From Gemmatimonadota bacterium (lineage in GTDB: Bacteria > Latescibacterota > UBA2968 > UBA8231): a stretch of 64,000 nucleotides of DNA. The position numbers and the translations under genes are program-made. Where the stretch lies: the NCBI GenBank assembly GCA_038128265.1, contig JAYPJE010000003.1, forward strand, positions 61,278 to 125,277, written 5' to 3'. The notes below the pieces were generated by a model. That model searched no databases, was not told the origin of the DNA, and saw only the letters and a list, made by a program, of their open reading frames with translations. Of the stretch, positions 39,978 to 48,890 are shown in pieces; position 1 is the stretch's first letter; each line of letters opens with the position of its first letter.

Positions 39978-40907
39978 ATGGCAAACGCACTCCAGGGCCG
40001 TCGCCGCCTGCCCCCCTGGCTGAAGGCCAAGGCACCAGGCACACCCAACTATATAGACATTAAGAACTTGGTAGCGGAGAAGCGCCTGCACACCGTATGT
40101 GAAAGCGCTCACTGTCCCAACATCGGCGAGTGCTGGGGCCAGCGCACGGCCACCTTTATGATTCTCGGCGACGTTTGCACGCGCAGCTGCGGCTTTTGCG
40201 CCATTAAAACGGGCCGACCGGAATGGCTCGACGAGGGCGAACCCGAACGCGTCGCCGAAGCCGTGGCGCACCTCGACCTGCGCCACGCCGTCATCACCTC
40301 CGTCAATCGCGATGAATTGCCCGACGGCGGTGCACGCGTTTTTGCCCGCACGCTCGAAGCGCTGCATAGCCGCTGTCCGCAGACTACGGTAGAAGTTCTG
40401 ATACCCGATTTTCAGGGGAATTGGGACGCGTTAGAAACCGTTCTGAGCGCCGGTCCGGACATCCTTAACCACAATATAGAAACGGTGCCTCGGCTCTACT
40501 TTAAGATGCGGCCACAGGCCAAATACGCGCGCTCGCTGGAACTACTCAGCCGGGCGCGCACGGCTGGACCGGCCCCGACCAAATCGGGCATGATGCTGGG
40601 AGCCGGGGAGCGCGAAGACGAAATAGCCCAAACCATCGACGATTTGGCCGCCGTCGGCTGCGCCATTTTGACGCTCGGTCAGTATCTGAGCCCGTCCGCA
40701 CAGCACGTGCCCGTCGAGCGCTACGTCGAGCCCGACGAATTTGACCACTGGTACCATTACGCCATGCAGCGCGCATTCCGCCACGTGGAATCCGGGCCGC
40801 TCGTGCGCTCGTCTTACCACGCCGAAGCACAGGTAGATGAAGCGACGCGGCGCACCGAGACACGCGATCTGCTATCTGTAGCCCCCTTACCCATCGAGAA
40901 AGAGTAA
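39978..40907 (+). CDS. lipA: Lipoyl synthase
   Basis: LHTVCESAHCPNIGECW, CTRSCGFC, TSVNRDEL, NHNIETV and GPLVRSSYHA motifs. Alternative start at 39951. Confidence 0.97.
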   Translation: MANALQGRRRLPPWLKAKAPGTPNYIDIKNLVAEKRLHTVCESAHCPNIGECWGQRTATFMILGDVCTRSCGFCAIKTGRPEWLDEGEPERVAEAVAHLDLRHAVITSVNRDELPDGGARVFARTLEALHSRCPQTTVEVLIPDFQGNWDALETVLSAGPDILNHNIETVPRLYFKMRPQAKYARSLELLSRARTAGPAPTKSGMMLGAGEREDEIAQTIDDLAAVGCAILTLGQYLSPSAQHVPVERYVEPDEFDHWYHYAMQRAFRHVESGPLVRSSYHAEAQVDEATRRTETRDLLSVAPLPIEKE

Positions 40908-40915
40908 AGGCGCGA

Positions 40916-41920
40916 ATGAATCTGGAAAAGAAATCCCTGTCCGGCTACCTGCAACGCAAAAAGCTCATTACGCGCGGCACGCCTATCCGCGTGCAGACGT
41001 TGGGCGACGGCATGAAGAATCGCGTCTATTACGTCGCCGCTCCAAAGGAAGCCTGGATCGTCAAGCAGGCCCATTCACGCGTGCAGATAAAGGAGCGCTG
41101 GTGGCTCGACCGCAAGCGCATTTTTGCCGAGGATAGCTGCATTGATATTCTTCGCCAGTTTATGCCGCCGGAAATCATTCCGCAAACCGTCTTAGTCGAT
41201 CGCACGGACTTCGTGTTGGTGACCACTCCGCCGCCCGACAACGCCGTGCTGTGGGAAGACGACCTGGCCAGCGGTCGGATTGATCTGCAGATTGCCGTCC
41301 AGTGCGGCGAACTGCTGGCCACGGTGCACAACGAAACGGCTGAACACCCCGAGCTCAAGGCGATGTTCAAAGACACCAAGGCCTTCGAACAGCTGCGCAT
41401 AGAGCCTCACTACGAATACGTCACCAACACCTTTCCCGACCTTAAGAAGGTGATTGATGCGCAGACCAAGCGCCTCAAAAAGGAAACGTACTGCCTCATA
41501 CTGGGCGATCTGCGACCGCGCAACGTGTGGGTCAACTCCGGCCAGCTCTACCTAGTCGACTTCGCCACCGCACACTTTGGCCACCCCGGCTTCGACCTGG
41601 CGTTCTACGCGGCCGATATGTGCGTCAAAGCCATGCAGAACAGCCTGCAGAAAGCCGCTTACTTAGAAGCAATCAACGTGTTCTGGAACGGCTATTTCAA
41701 ATTGGCTTCTTACAAGGGCGTGAAGGAAATCGAAAAGCCCGCCGTACGCGACCTGGGCTGCATGCTGCTGGCAGCGACTGACGGCCGCCAGGCGGTCGAA
41801 TTCGACGATCCCCACGTCGCCGGCCTTGCGCGCCGCATTGCCATGAGCCTGCTGTTCACCGAGTTGGCCACGATCGAGGACATCACCGAGTTTATCAACC
41901 GAACGCTAATCGACGGGTAG
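40916..41920 (+). CDS. APH/choline-kinase-fold phosphotransferase, methylthioribose-kinase-like (divergent)
   Basis: LGDGMKNRVY, WIVKQA, FEQLRIEP, LGDLRPRN and VDFATAHFGHPGFDL motifs. Confidence 0.75.
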   Translation: MNLEKKSLSGYLQRKKLITRGTPIRVQTLGDGMKNRVYYVAAPKEAWIVKQAHSRVQIKERWWLDRKRIFAEDSCIDILRQFMPPEIIPQTVLVDRTDFVLVTTPPPDNAVLWEDDLASGRIDLQIAVQCGELLATVHNETAEHPELKAMFKDTKAFEQLRIEPHYEYVTNTFPDLKKVIDAQTKRLKKETYCLILGDLRPRNVWVNSGQLYLVDFATAHFGHPGFDLAFYAADMCVKAMQNSLQKAAYLEAINVFWNGYFKLASYKGVKEIEKPAVRDLGCMLLAATDGRQAVEFDDPHVAGLARRIAMSLLFTELATIEDITEFINRTLIDG

Positions 41921-41940
41921 GTTCGCAGGCGGCATTTAAC

Positions 41941-41992
41941 AAAAAAAGGGGCGCACCGACCGCATCACGAGCGGTCCGGTGCGCCCCTTTTT
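41941..41992. terminator. Bidirectional rho-independent terminator
   Basis: A7-ggggcgcaccgaccgc-atcacga-gcggtccggtgcgcccc-T5 between convergent genes. Confidence 0.88.
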
Positions 41993-42018
41993 CCGTTGTT
42001 AGCGTGCGTTCAGACGCG

Positions 42019-42774
42019 CTATGCGCCGGCAGCGGTAAACTGCGCGCGCAGATCCTCACTGCTCGACAGCACGTGCTCTACCATTGCGGTACGCGCCGCC
42101 TGCGCATCGCCGGCGCGCAGTGCACGAACGATATCCTCATGCTGCTGCAGCGACAGCCGCGCGCGATCGAGCGCGCGGTCCTCCTCCGCCAGCGAACGCT
42201 CAATCCACGCCTGCAAATAGCCGCGCGTCGCTTCGAGCAAGCTGGCCAGCAGCGCATTTTGCGTGGCCCCTGCTACCGCCAGATGAAAGCGCACGTCCGC
42301 GGCCAAAAACTGCGCTCCATCCTCCAGGGCTTCGGCCATATCCGACAGAGCCTCCTCTATCCGGCGCATATCCTCTTCTGCGGCCCGCTGTGCCGCCCAA
42401 AATGCCGTCTCCGACTCCAACATCAGGCGCGTCTCAATCAGATCGCCGACCATCTTGCGGTTAAGCAGCATACCCCACTGCAGCGCCTTTTGCACGAACT
42501 GCTGGTTGTCGCTGACAAAAGTCCCCTCGCCGACGCGGCCATCGATCACGCCCATGGCGCTCAGCGAGCGCAGCGCCTCGCGCAGCGACGAACGCCCCAC
42601 GCCAAATCGCTTACACAATTCGCGTTCAGGCGGCAGGCGATCGCCCGGGCGCAGCACGTCGCGCTTGATCAGATCGACGATCTGCGCCATAATCTCTTCG
42701 CCCAGCGACGTGCGCGCTATCGGGCGGACATTAGCGGCCACTGAATTGGAAGAATCGGCGTTATTCAAATTCAC
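42019..42774 (-). CDS. GntR/FadR-subfamily transcriptional regulator (wHTH + FCD)
   Basis: LRPGDRLPPERELCKRFGVGRSSLREAL...GEGTFV; FCD motifs ADVRFH, ATQN and QHEDIV. Start may be GTG 42741. Confidence 0.94.
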   Translation of the reverse strand: MNLNNADSSNSVAANVRPIARTSLGEEIMAQIVDLIKRDVLRPGDRLPPERELCKRFGVGRSSLREALRSLSAMGVIDGRVGEGTFVSDNQQFVQKALQWGMLLNRKMVGDLIETRLMLESETAFWAAQRAAEEDMRRIEEALSDMAEALEDGAQFLAADVRFHLAVAGATQNALLASLLEATRGYLQAWIERSLAEEDRALDRARLSLQQHEDIVRALRAGDAQAARTAMVEHVLSSSEDLRAQFTAAGA

Positions 42775-42850
42775 TGTACATTTCGCAAATTATTAATAAT
42801 AAAATACTTGTGTGAAGTTTTTTCCGAGCAAGTATTCGTTCCATTTGCAA

Positions 42851-42862
42851 TTGGTCTGACCA
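42851..42862. promoter_or_regulatory. Putative FadR-type operator
   Basis: T-TGGTC-T-GACCA palindrome matching the TGGT-N3-ACCA consensus of FadR-subfamily sites, between the regulator and the corrinoid operon. Confidence 0.7.
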
Positions 42863-42918
42863 TCAGCTATTTTGATCAAGTATAGCGCAATACGTCCTCT
42901 ATCGTCAAGGGAAATGCC

Positions 42919-43557
42919 ATGGCTCTAACCCGCGATATCGGCACTCGCATCGAGCTGGTGCCCATGGATTTGCACTGCAGCAATATAACCGTTGCCCTCT
43001 ACCGCCAGGATGGGGCCGAAGCACCGGCTTACCGCGTCCATACCTACAGCCAGCACCCCGATGCTCCCCAGCGCATCGAAGCGCTGCGCCAGGCGATGCA
43101 GATACTGGGCACCATGGAAGAGGCCAGCGAAGAGCTGCTGCGCTTCCCCTGTGGGCACGCCCATCAATTTGCCGTGCGCCGGCTCTTTTTGGATGCCTGC
43201 AAGCGCGATCCGTCGCTGACGCTACAGGCGCAGCCCCTGCGCATATTCGACAAGAAGGGCGACGGCCACATTGCCGTAGATAGCCTAGGCGACGGCCAGT
43301 ACCGCGTGCGCGCAGAAGAAGATAGCGACGGCGTCGAGCGTCGCACGGCCACCATTGCACGCGGACTGATTCGCCTCGGCGAAATGGAAGAGACCGGCGA
43401 CGACGCCAATTGCCTACACTTTGCCTGCGGCCATGCGCACGATGCCCTCATTGCCCAACTGCTGGTGCGCGCACCCAACGTGCGCGCGGCCATGCGCGAA
43501 GCCGAAGAGATGGCCCAGCGCGGTCAGCTCGTCGCCCCCAGCGCCCAGAATAATTAG
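42919..43557 (+). CDS. Uncharacterised protein with two internal repeats ending in F-x-CGHAH
   Basis: AAGGGA RBS; first gene of the operon; repeat pattern YRV...R...LGxMEE...LxFxCGHAH seen twice. Confidence 0.8.
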   Translation: MALTRDIGTRIELVPMDLHCSNITVALYRQDGAEAPAYRVHTYSQHPDAPQRIEALRQAMQILGTMEEASEELLRFPCGHAHQFAVRRLFLDACKRDPSLTLQAQPLRIFDKKGDGHIAVDSLGDGQYRVRAEEDSDGVERRTATIARGLIRLGEMEETGDDANCLHFACGHAHDALIAQLLVRAPNVRAAMREAEEMAQRGQLVAPSAQNN

Positions 43558-43565
43558 GAGATAGC

Positions 43566-44603
43566 ATGGCACACGTTCCCTCTATGACCAGCAAAGAGCG
43601 CGTACTCGCCGCTCTCAATCGCCAGCCCGTCGACCGCACGCCGCTGTGCAATCCGACTTCGGTAGCTACCGTCGAGCTAATGGACCTCGTCGATGCCCCT
43701 TTCCCCGAAGCCAATCGCCAACCCGAGCTCATGGCGCGCCTAGCTGCCACCGGCTACACCGAACTCGGCTTTGACACCATCATGCCCGTGTTCTCCATCA
43801 TTCAGGAATCTTCCGCGCTGGGCTGTAAGATCCAGTGGGAGCAAAAGGACAACTGGCCGACGGTGCGGATGAACGAACCGATTTGGCAAACGCCCGATGA
43901 TATTAACGTCCCAACCGATTTGTGCACCCATCCCGATACCCGATGCGTCACCGACGCCATTGCCATATTGCGCAAAGAATACGGGGATGAGGTGGCCGTC
44001 ATCGGCAAGACCATGGGGCCCTGGTCACTGGGCTACCACTGCTTTGGCGTCGAACCCTTTTTGCTGATGTCGCTCGACGATCCGGGCAAGACCAAGCTCT
44101 GCTTGGATCGCATGAAGGAGATAACGGTCGAATACGGTCTGGCGCAGATCGAGGCCGGCGCCGATGCGCTGACGCTGCCCGACCATGCCACCGGCGATCT
44201 GGTCAGCGGCGAATACTACGAGCGCTATTTACGCGACCTACACATTGAGATGGCCGAGCGCCTCCCTGTGCCAATTATTCTCCACATCTGCGGCCGCACC
44301 GTCGATCGCATGGAGTACATCGCCCAAACCGGCATGGCGGCTTTCCACTTCGACTCGAAGAATACGCCGATGGAATCGATGGACATCGTCTCAGATCGCA
44401 TTGCCTTGGTCGGCAATATCAACAATCCCGAAACGCTCTTTTCCAAAGGGCCCGACGTCGTGCGCGAAGAAGTATACCGCAACCTGGAAGCGGGCGTGCA
44501 ACTCGTCGGGCCGGAGTGCGCCATACCGCTGCAGACTTCGATTGAAAACCTAAAGGAAATACCCCGCGCCGTGCGCGATTGGCACGCCGGCATCGACCGC
44601 TAG
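43566..44603 (+). CDS. MtaA/CmuA-family methyltransferase (URO-D fold)
   Basis: MTSKERVLAAL...VDRTP, ESSALGC, GPWSL, AQIEAGAD, putative Zn ligands LHICG...PEC, and LVGNIN; AGGAG RBS. Confidence 0.9.
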   Translation: MAHVPSMTSKERVLAALNRQPVDRTPLCNPTSVATVELMDLVDAPFPEANRQPELMARLAATGYTELGFDTIMPVFSIIQESSALGCKIQWEQKDNWPTVRMNEPIWQTPDDINVPTDLCTHPDTRCVTDAIAILRKEYGDEVAVIGKTMGPWSLGYHCFGVEPFLLMSLDDPGKTKLCLDRMKEITVEYGLAQIEAGADALTLPDHATGDLVSGEYYERYLRDLHIEMAERLPVPIILHICGRTVDRMEYIAQTGMAAFHFDSKNTPMESMDIVSDRIALVGNINNPETLFSKGPDVVREEVYRNLEAGVQLVGPECAIPLQTSIENLKEIPRAVRDWHAGIDR

Positions 44604-44613
44604 GAGAGAAAGC

Positions 44614-45357
44614 ATGGCAGAAATCGGCGATATTGCCAACGAGTTTATACGCGAAGAAATCGATGAATTCCTCGAGCGCGACGACGAGCGCACGCGCAAT
44701 ATAGAGCACTTTGCGCGCGCAAAGCCGCTGATGCAGGACATTGCCGCCGCCCTCATCGACGGCGCGCACGAAGAGGTCGACGAACTGACGCAGCAGGCGC
44801 TGGGCGAGGGCATTGAAGCGCTCGAGGTCATGGACGATGGCCTCATTGCCGGCATGGGCATCGTCGGCATTAAATTCCGCGAAAACTTTATCTTTGTTCC
44901 CGAGGTGCTGGCTTGCGCGCGCGCCATGAAGGCCGGCATGGCCCATATCGAACCCATTCTCTCCGATTCGGGTATCGAACCCATTGGCACGGTCGTCATG
45001 GGCACGGTTAAGGGCGATCTGCACGATATTGGAAAAAATCTCTGCATCATGATGCTGCGCGGCGCCGGCTTTGTCGTGCACGACCTCGGCGTCGACACCT
45101 CGGAAGACGAGTTTATCTCCGCTATAGAAGAGCACGGCGCCACGCTACTGGGCATGTCCGCACTGCTGACGACTACGATGCCCAATATGGGCAAGACGAT
45201 TGAAGCCTTTATCGACGAAGACCTGCGCGACGATATCAAAATCATGGTCGGCGGCGCGCCTGTCACACCGGAATTTGCCGAAGATATGGGCGCTGACGGC
45301 TACGGCAAAGACGCCCTGGCCTGCGTCGAGTTGGCCAAGCAGCTGCTAAGCGAATAA
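44614..45357 (+). CDS. Stand-alone corrinoid-binding protein (cap + B12-binding domain)
   Basis: GLIAGM..VG..F....IFVPEVL..ARAM cap; GTVKGDLHDIGKN (DxHxxG), GMSALLTTTM, MVGGAP and GADGY. Confidence 0.95.
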   Translation: MAEIGDIANEFIREEIDEFLERDDERTRNIEHFARAKPLMQDIAAALIDGAHEEVDELTQQALGEGIEALEVMDDGLIAGMGIVGIKFRENFIFVPEVLACARAMKAGMAHIEPILSDSGIEPIGTVVMGTVKGDLHDIGKNLCIMMLRGAGFVVHDLGVDTSEDEFISAIEEHGATLLGMSALLTTTMPNMGKTIEAFIDEDLRDDIKIMVGGAPVTPEFAEDMGADGYGKDALACVELAKQLLSE

Positions 45358-45381
45358 CTCGCGACGGACAACGGCCACGCT

Positions 45382-47274
45382 ATGGCTCCCATAGACCCCA
45401 GCGAATACCAAAAGCGCCTCGACAAACTGTCTTCTCTGCTGGGCGGTATCGTCCGCCACGCCGATGTGCAGTCTCAGAGTCGCTGTCCCTACAAGAACCG
45501 CCACGGCGAGTGCACCGCCCAGTTTGGCTGCCGCAACCAGCGCAAAAACGAGCAGGCAGGTGGGCCGCTGCTGTGCGTGGGCGACGATCAATTGGACTAC
45601 CGCAGCGCGTGGGAAGGCATCGAACGCCCGGCTCAGCGCCCGGCCCAAGACGGCAGGGGTCGCATAACCAGCGGTGCGCATTCCTGTGTCGCGCAGAGCC
45701 GCCGCACGCTTTTTGATGCGGCCGATCAGCTCGACGTAGCCGTGCCCACATCGTGCTATCGCACGGGCAGCTGCCACGAGTGCATCGTCGAAGTCAAACG
45801 CGGTATGGAGGCGCTCAACGCGCGCACGCGCGAAGAGCACTTTCTGCGCGAAGACTACCGCCTGGCCTGCCAGGCCGAAGTCGTTGATGCAGACATCGAC
45901 ATCGAGTTCGCCCCGCTCAACCGCACTCCGCGCATACTAACCCTGTCTACGACTCAGCCCGATGAAGTCGCTCCCCTGGTGGAGCGACGGCAGGACAAAG
46001 TCTATTTCGACGGGGAGCATATCGACGACTATCGCGGCCGCATATTGGGCATCGCCATCGATTTGGGAACGACCACCGTAGCCATGGAGCTACTCGACTT
46101 GGAAACGGGAGAGAGCGTGCAGGTGGCCTCGTTTGAAAACCCGCAGCGTTTTGGCGGCAGCGATGTGATGAACCGCATATCCTACGACGCACAGCACCCG
46201 CGCGAGCTACGGCAGGCCATCGTCAAGGCACTCAACCGCCAAATTGCTCGCTGGTGCGCGCTCTACTCTATCCACCGACACTGCATTTACGAAGTCGTCG
46301 TCGCCGGCAATTCAACCATGCGCGACATCCTCTTTCGCTACGACGTCCAAGGCATAGGCCAGAGGCCCTACAAGTCGCAGGTCGAATTGGAGTTCATCGA
46401 TGGCCAACGCTCTCACACCGCCCTGAGCGAAAAGACGCGCCGCCTCGGCCTGCGCGCCCATCCCAAAGCGCGCGTCTACGGTTTACCGCTCATCGCAAGT
46501 CATGTTGGAGCGGATGCAGCCGCCGACCTGTGTGCCACCCGACTCGACGCTGAAGCGGATGCCGCCCTGTTAATCGACGTCGGCACCAATACCGAAGTCG
46601 TGGCCATCTACAACGGGCGCATGGTCGCCGCCTCTTCTCCGGCTGGACCGGCATTCGAGGGCGGCACCGTCACCTACGGAATGCCCGGCTACGAAGGCGC
46701 CATCGAACGCCTGCGCTGGAACGGGACGGCTTGGGACTACAAGACCATTGGCGATATCGCCCCCCAAGGCATCTGCGGCTCGGGCCTAGTCGATCTCCTC
46801 GCAGAGCTCCGACGCCACGATCTCATGTCACCCAAGGGCGCCTTTGCCCAGCGGCAAAAGGAGATCACCGTAGTGGCCGACGCCGGCATCACGTTTTCGC
46901 GCCTCGACGCCTCCAACCTAGCGCAGGCCAAAGCCGCCAATTACTGCGGCCAATACATCGTGCTGCGCGCGCTTGGCCTCGCTCCAGCTCAGGTAAAAAA
47001 ACTCTACCTGGCCGGCGGATTCGCCCACTACATCGATGCTCAGGCGGCCATAGATATCGGCTTTTTGGCACCGGTTCCCGTAGAGCGGATAGAAAAAGTC
47101 GGCAACGCCTCGCTGCAGGGCGCGCGCGATGTGCTGCTCTCAAAAAACAAGCGCCGCCGCTTAGAAGAGTTGGTCCGTCGCATCGAACACATCGAGCTCG
47201 AAACGACGCCCGATTTTTTTGAGCTCTTCGTCGACGGCTGCCAGTTCAAACCCATGCCCTCCGAGCTGAACTGA
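45382..47274 (+). CDS. Reductive activator of corrinoid proteins (RACo/DUF4445, ASKHA ATPase with 2Fe-2S domain)
   Basis: CYRTGSCHEC...RLACQ 2Fe-2S motif; IDLGTTT, NPQRFGGSDVMNRI, VGADA, IDVGTNTE, AGPAFEG, GICGSG, LAGGF and GNASLQGA. Confidence 0.92.
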   Translation: MAPIDPSEYQKRLDKLSSLLGGIVRHADVQSQSRCPYKNRHGECTAQFGCRNQRKNEQAGGPLLCVGDDQLDYRSAWEGIERPAQRPAQDGRGRITSGAHSCVAQSRRTLFDAADQLDVAVPTSCYRTGSCHECIVEVKRGMEALNARTREEHFLREDYRLACQAEVVDADIDIEFAPLNRTPRILTLSTTQPDEVAPLVERRQDKVYFDGEHIDDYRGRILGIAIDLGTTTVAMELLDLETGESVQVASFENPQRFGGSDVMNRISYDAQHPRELRQAIVKALNRQIARWCALYSIHRHCIYEVVVAGNSTMRDILFRYDVQGIGQRPYKSQVELEFIDGQRSHTALSEKTRRLGLRAHPKARVYGLPLIASHVGADAAADLCATRLDAEADAALLIDVGTNTEVVAIYNGRMVAASSPAGPAFEGGTVTYGMPGYEGAIERLRWNGTAWDYKTIGDIAPQGICGSGLVDLLAELRRHDLMSPKGAFAQRQKEITVVADAGITFSRLDASNLAQAKAANYCGQYIVLRALGLAPAQVKKLYLAGGFAHYIDAQAAIDIGFLAPVPVERIEKVGNASLQGARDVLLSKNKRRRLEELVRRIEHIELETTPDFFELFVDGCQFKPMPSELN

Positions 47275-47282
47275 GCACGTCT

Positions 47283-48890
47283 ATGAGCAAATCACACCCC
47301 CCTCGGCGCTACTCGGGCGCCTGGCAGAAAGAGAGCCTGCGCAACCTGCTGCGAGACGACGCAGAATTCGTGCACGTCGTCGAGCTGGTCACCTCGCGCG
47401 GCGTAATGGCAGACAAAGACGGAAGGCGCATCCTATCGCTGGCGCGCCGCCTCTGCGAACACCCGGACGTGCACGCCCTGAGCATCACCGACAACCCCGG
47501 CGGCAACGCCATGATCAGCGCCGACACACTCGGCACCGACCTGCTCTCGCGCGGCCAAGAAGTCATCATCCATATCTCCTGCAAGGATTGGAATCGCAAC
47601 GCCCTGCAGGGGCGAGCATGGCAGCTGGCCAGCGAGGGCTTTGATAACGTGCTGTGCCTTTCCGGAGACTACCCGACCAGCGGCTACCGAGGAGTCGCCA
47701 GCGGCGTATTTGACATCGACTCCATTGGCCTGCTGCAGATGTTTAGCGAACTCAACGCCGGCCTGTCCATTGCCGGCCGCAGCAAGCCGCGACGCTTGAA
47801 AAAAACCCACTTTTTACTGGGTGCGGCGACCAACAACCACAAGCGCTACGAACGCGAGGTCATGCCGCAGTATTTCAAGCTGGCACAAAAGGTGCAAAAC
47901 GGCGCCGACTTTATCATCAGTCAGATTGGTTACGACACCCGCAAGCAGGACGAACTCCTCCGCTATATGCGACTGCGGCACATCGACGTGCCGGTCATAG
48001 CCAATGTCTTCGTGCTCAGCGCTGGGGTGGCGCGCTACTTTCACGGCGGCCACATCCCCGGCGTAGAGGTTACCGATCGCCTGCTGGAACTGTGCGAGCA
48101 ACAGGCCCAGTCTCCCGACAAGGGCAAGGCGTTCTTTCTGGAATTAGCCGCTCAACAGTGCGCCATTGCGCGCGGGTTGGGCTATCGGGGCGTCTATCTG
48201 GGCGGCCATCTACAATACGGCGACTACGAAAAAATCATCGCCCTATCGCAGCGCTACGCACCCGACGATTGGCGCGACTTTGCGCGCCAGATCGACTTTT
48301 CCCATCCCGATGAGTTCTACTTTTTTGACCGCGATCCGTCGAGTGGCCTGAGCAGCGATGCAATTAATCCCGCCTACCTGGCGTCCAAGGATCACACGGC
48401 ACGCAGGCGATTGCAGCGCGAAGTATCCAGCGCCTATAAGCTCAGCCGCATTGTACACGAACACCTCTTTGCTCCGCACAGCCGCGGCTTTCAGGCCGGA
48501 AAAAAATTGGCCGCAGCACTAGAGCACAGCCCCAATGCCCAACGCTTTCTGCACGTCGTAGAGCAGGCGACCAAAGTTCCTCTTTTCGACTGCCGCGACT
48601 GCGGCGACTGCTCGCTGCCCGACATCGCCTATTTATGTCCCGAATCACAGTGCGTAAAAAACCAGCGTAACGGGCCGTGCGGCGGAACGCGGCAAGGACT
48701 GTGTGAAGTAGGCGATAAGGAATGCATCTGGGCGCGCGCCTACGAACGTTTGAAAGCGTATGGGCAGGAGGAACACATGCTCGAACGCCCTGCCGTCATT
48801 AAAGACGGTGCGCTGCACGGAACCAGTGCCTGGCTCAACACCTTTGCAGGTCGCGATCACCACGGACGCGACGGGGAGAACGCACCGTGA
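47283..48890 (+). CDS. metF: Methylene-THF reductase MetF domain fused to a C-terminal Cys-rich MetV-like domain
   Basis: ITDNPGG, IHISCKDWN, LCLSGD and KVQNGADFIISQIGYD; C-terminal CRDCGDC...CP...C.K..RNGPCGG....CEV....CIW. Confidence 0.85.
   Translation: MSKSHPPRRYSGAWQKESLRNLLRDDAEFVHVVELVTSRGVMADKDGRRILSLARRLCEHPDVHALSITDNPGGNAMISADTLGTDLLSRGQEVIIHISCKDWNRNALQGRAWQLASEGFDNVLCLSGDYPTSGYRGVASGVFDIDSIGLLQMFSELNAGLSIAGRSKPRRLKKTHFLLGAATNNHKRYEREVMPQYFKLAQKVQNGADFIISQIGYDTRKQDELLRYMRLRHIDVPVIANVFVLSAGVARYFHGGHIPGVEVTDRLLELCEQQAQSPDKGKAFFLELAAQQCAIARGLGYRGVYLGGHLQYGDYEKIIALSQRYAPDDWRDFARQIDFSHPDEFYFFDRDPSSGLSSDAINPAYLASKDHTARRRLQREVSSAYKLSRIVHEHLFAPHSRGFQAGKKLAAALEHSPNAQRFLHVVEQATKVPLFDCRDCGDCSLPDIAYLCPESQCVKNQRNGPCGGTRQGLCEVGDKECIWARAYERLKAYGQEEHMLERPAVIKDGALHGTSAWLNTFAGRDHHGRDGENAP

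Noticed and set aside
42775..42918. Cobalamin or SAM riboswitch upstream of the corrinoid operon (also checked 49916-49989)
   Set aside because: No B12-box or S-box consensus is visible, and both gaps are short.
44590..44620. TAG readthrough (pyrrolysine) fusing the methyltransferase and corrinoid protein, CmuA-style
   Set aside because: The downstream gene is out of frame (10-bp gap) and has its own RBS, and there are no pyl genes in the window.
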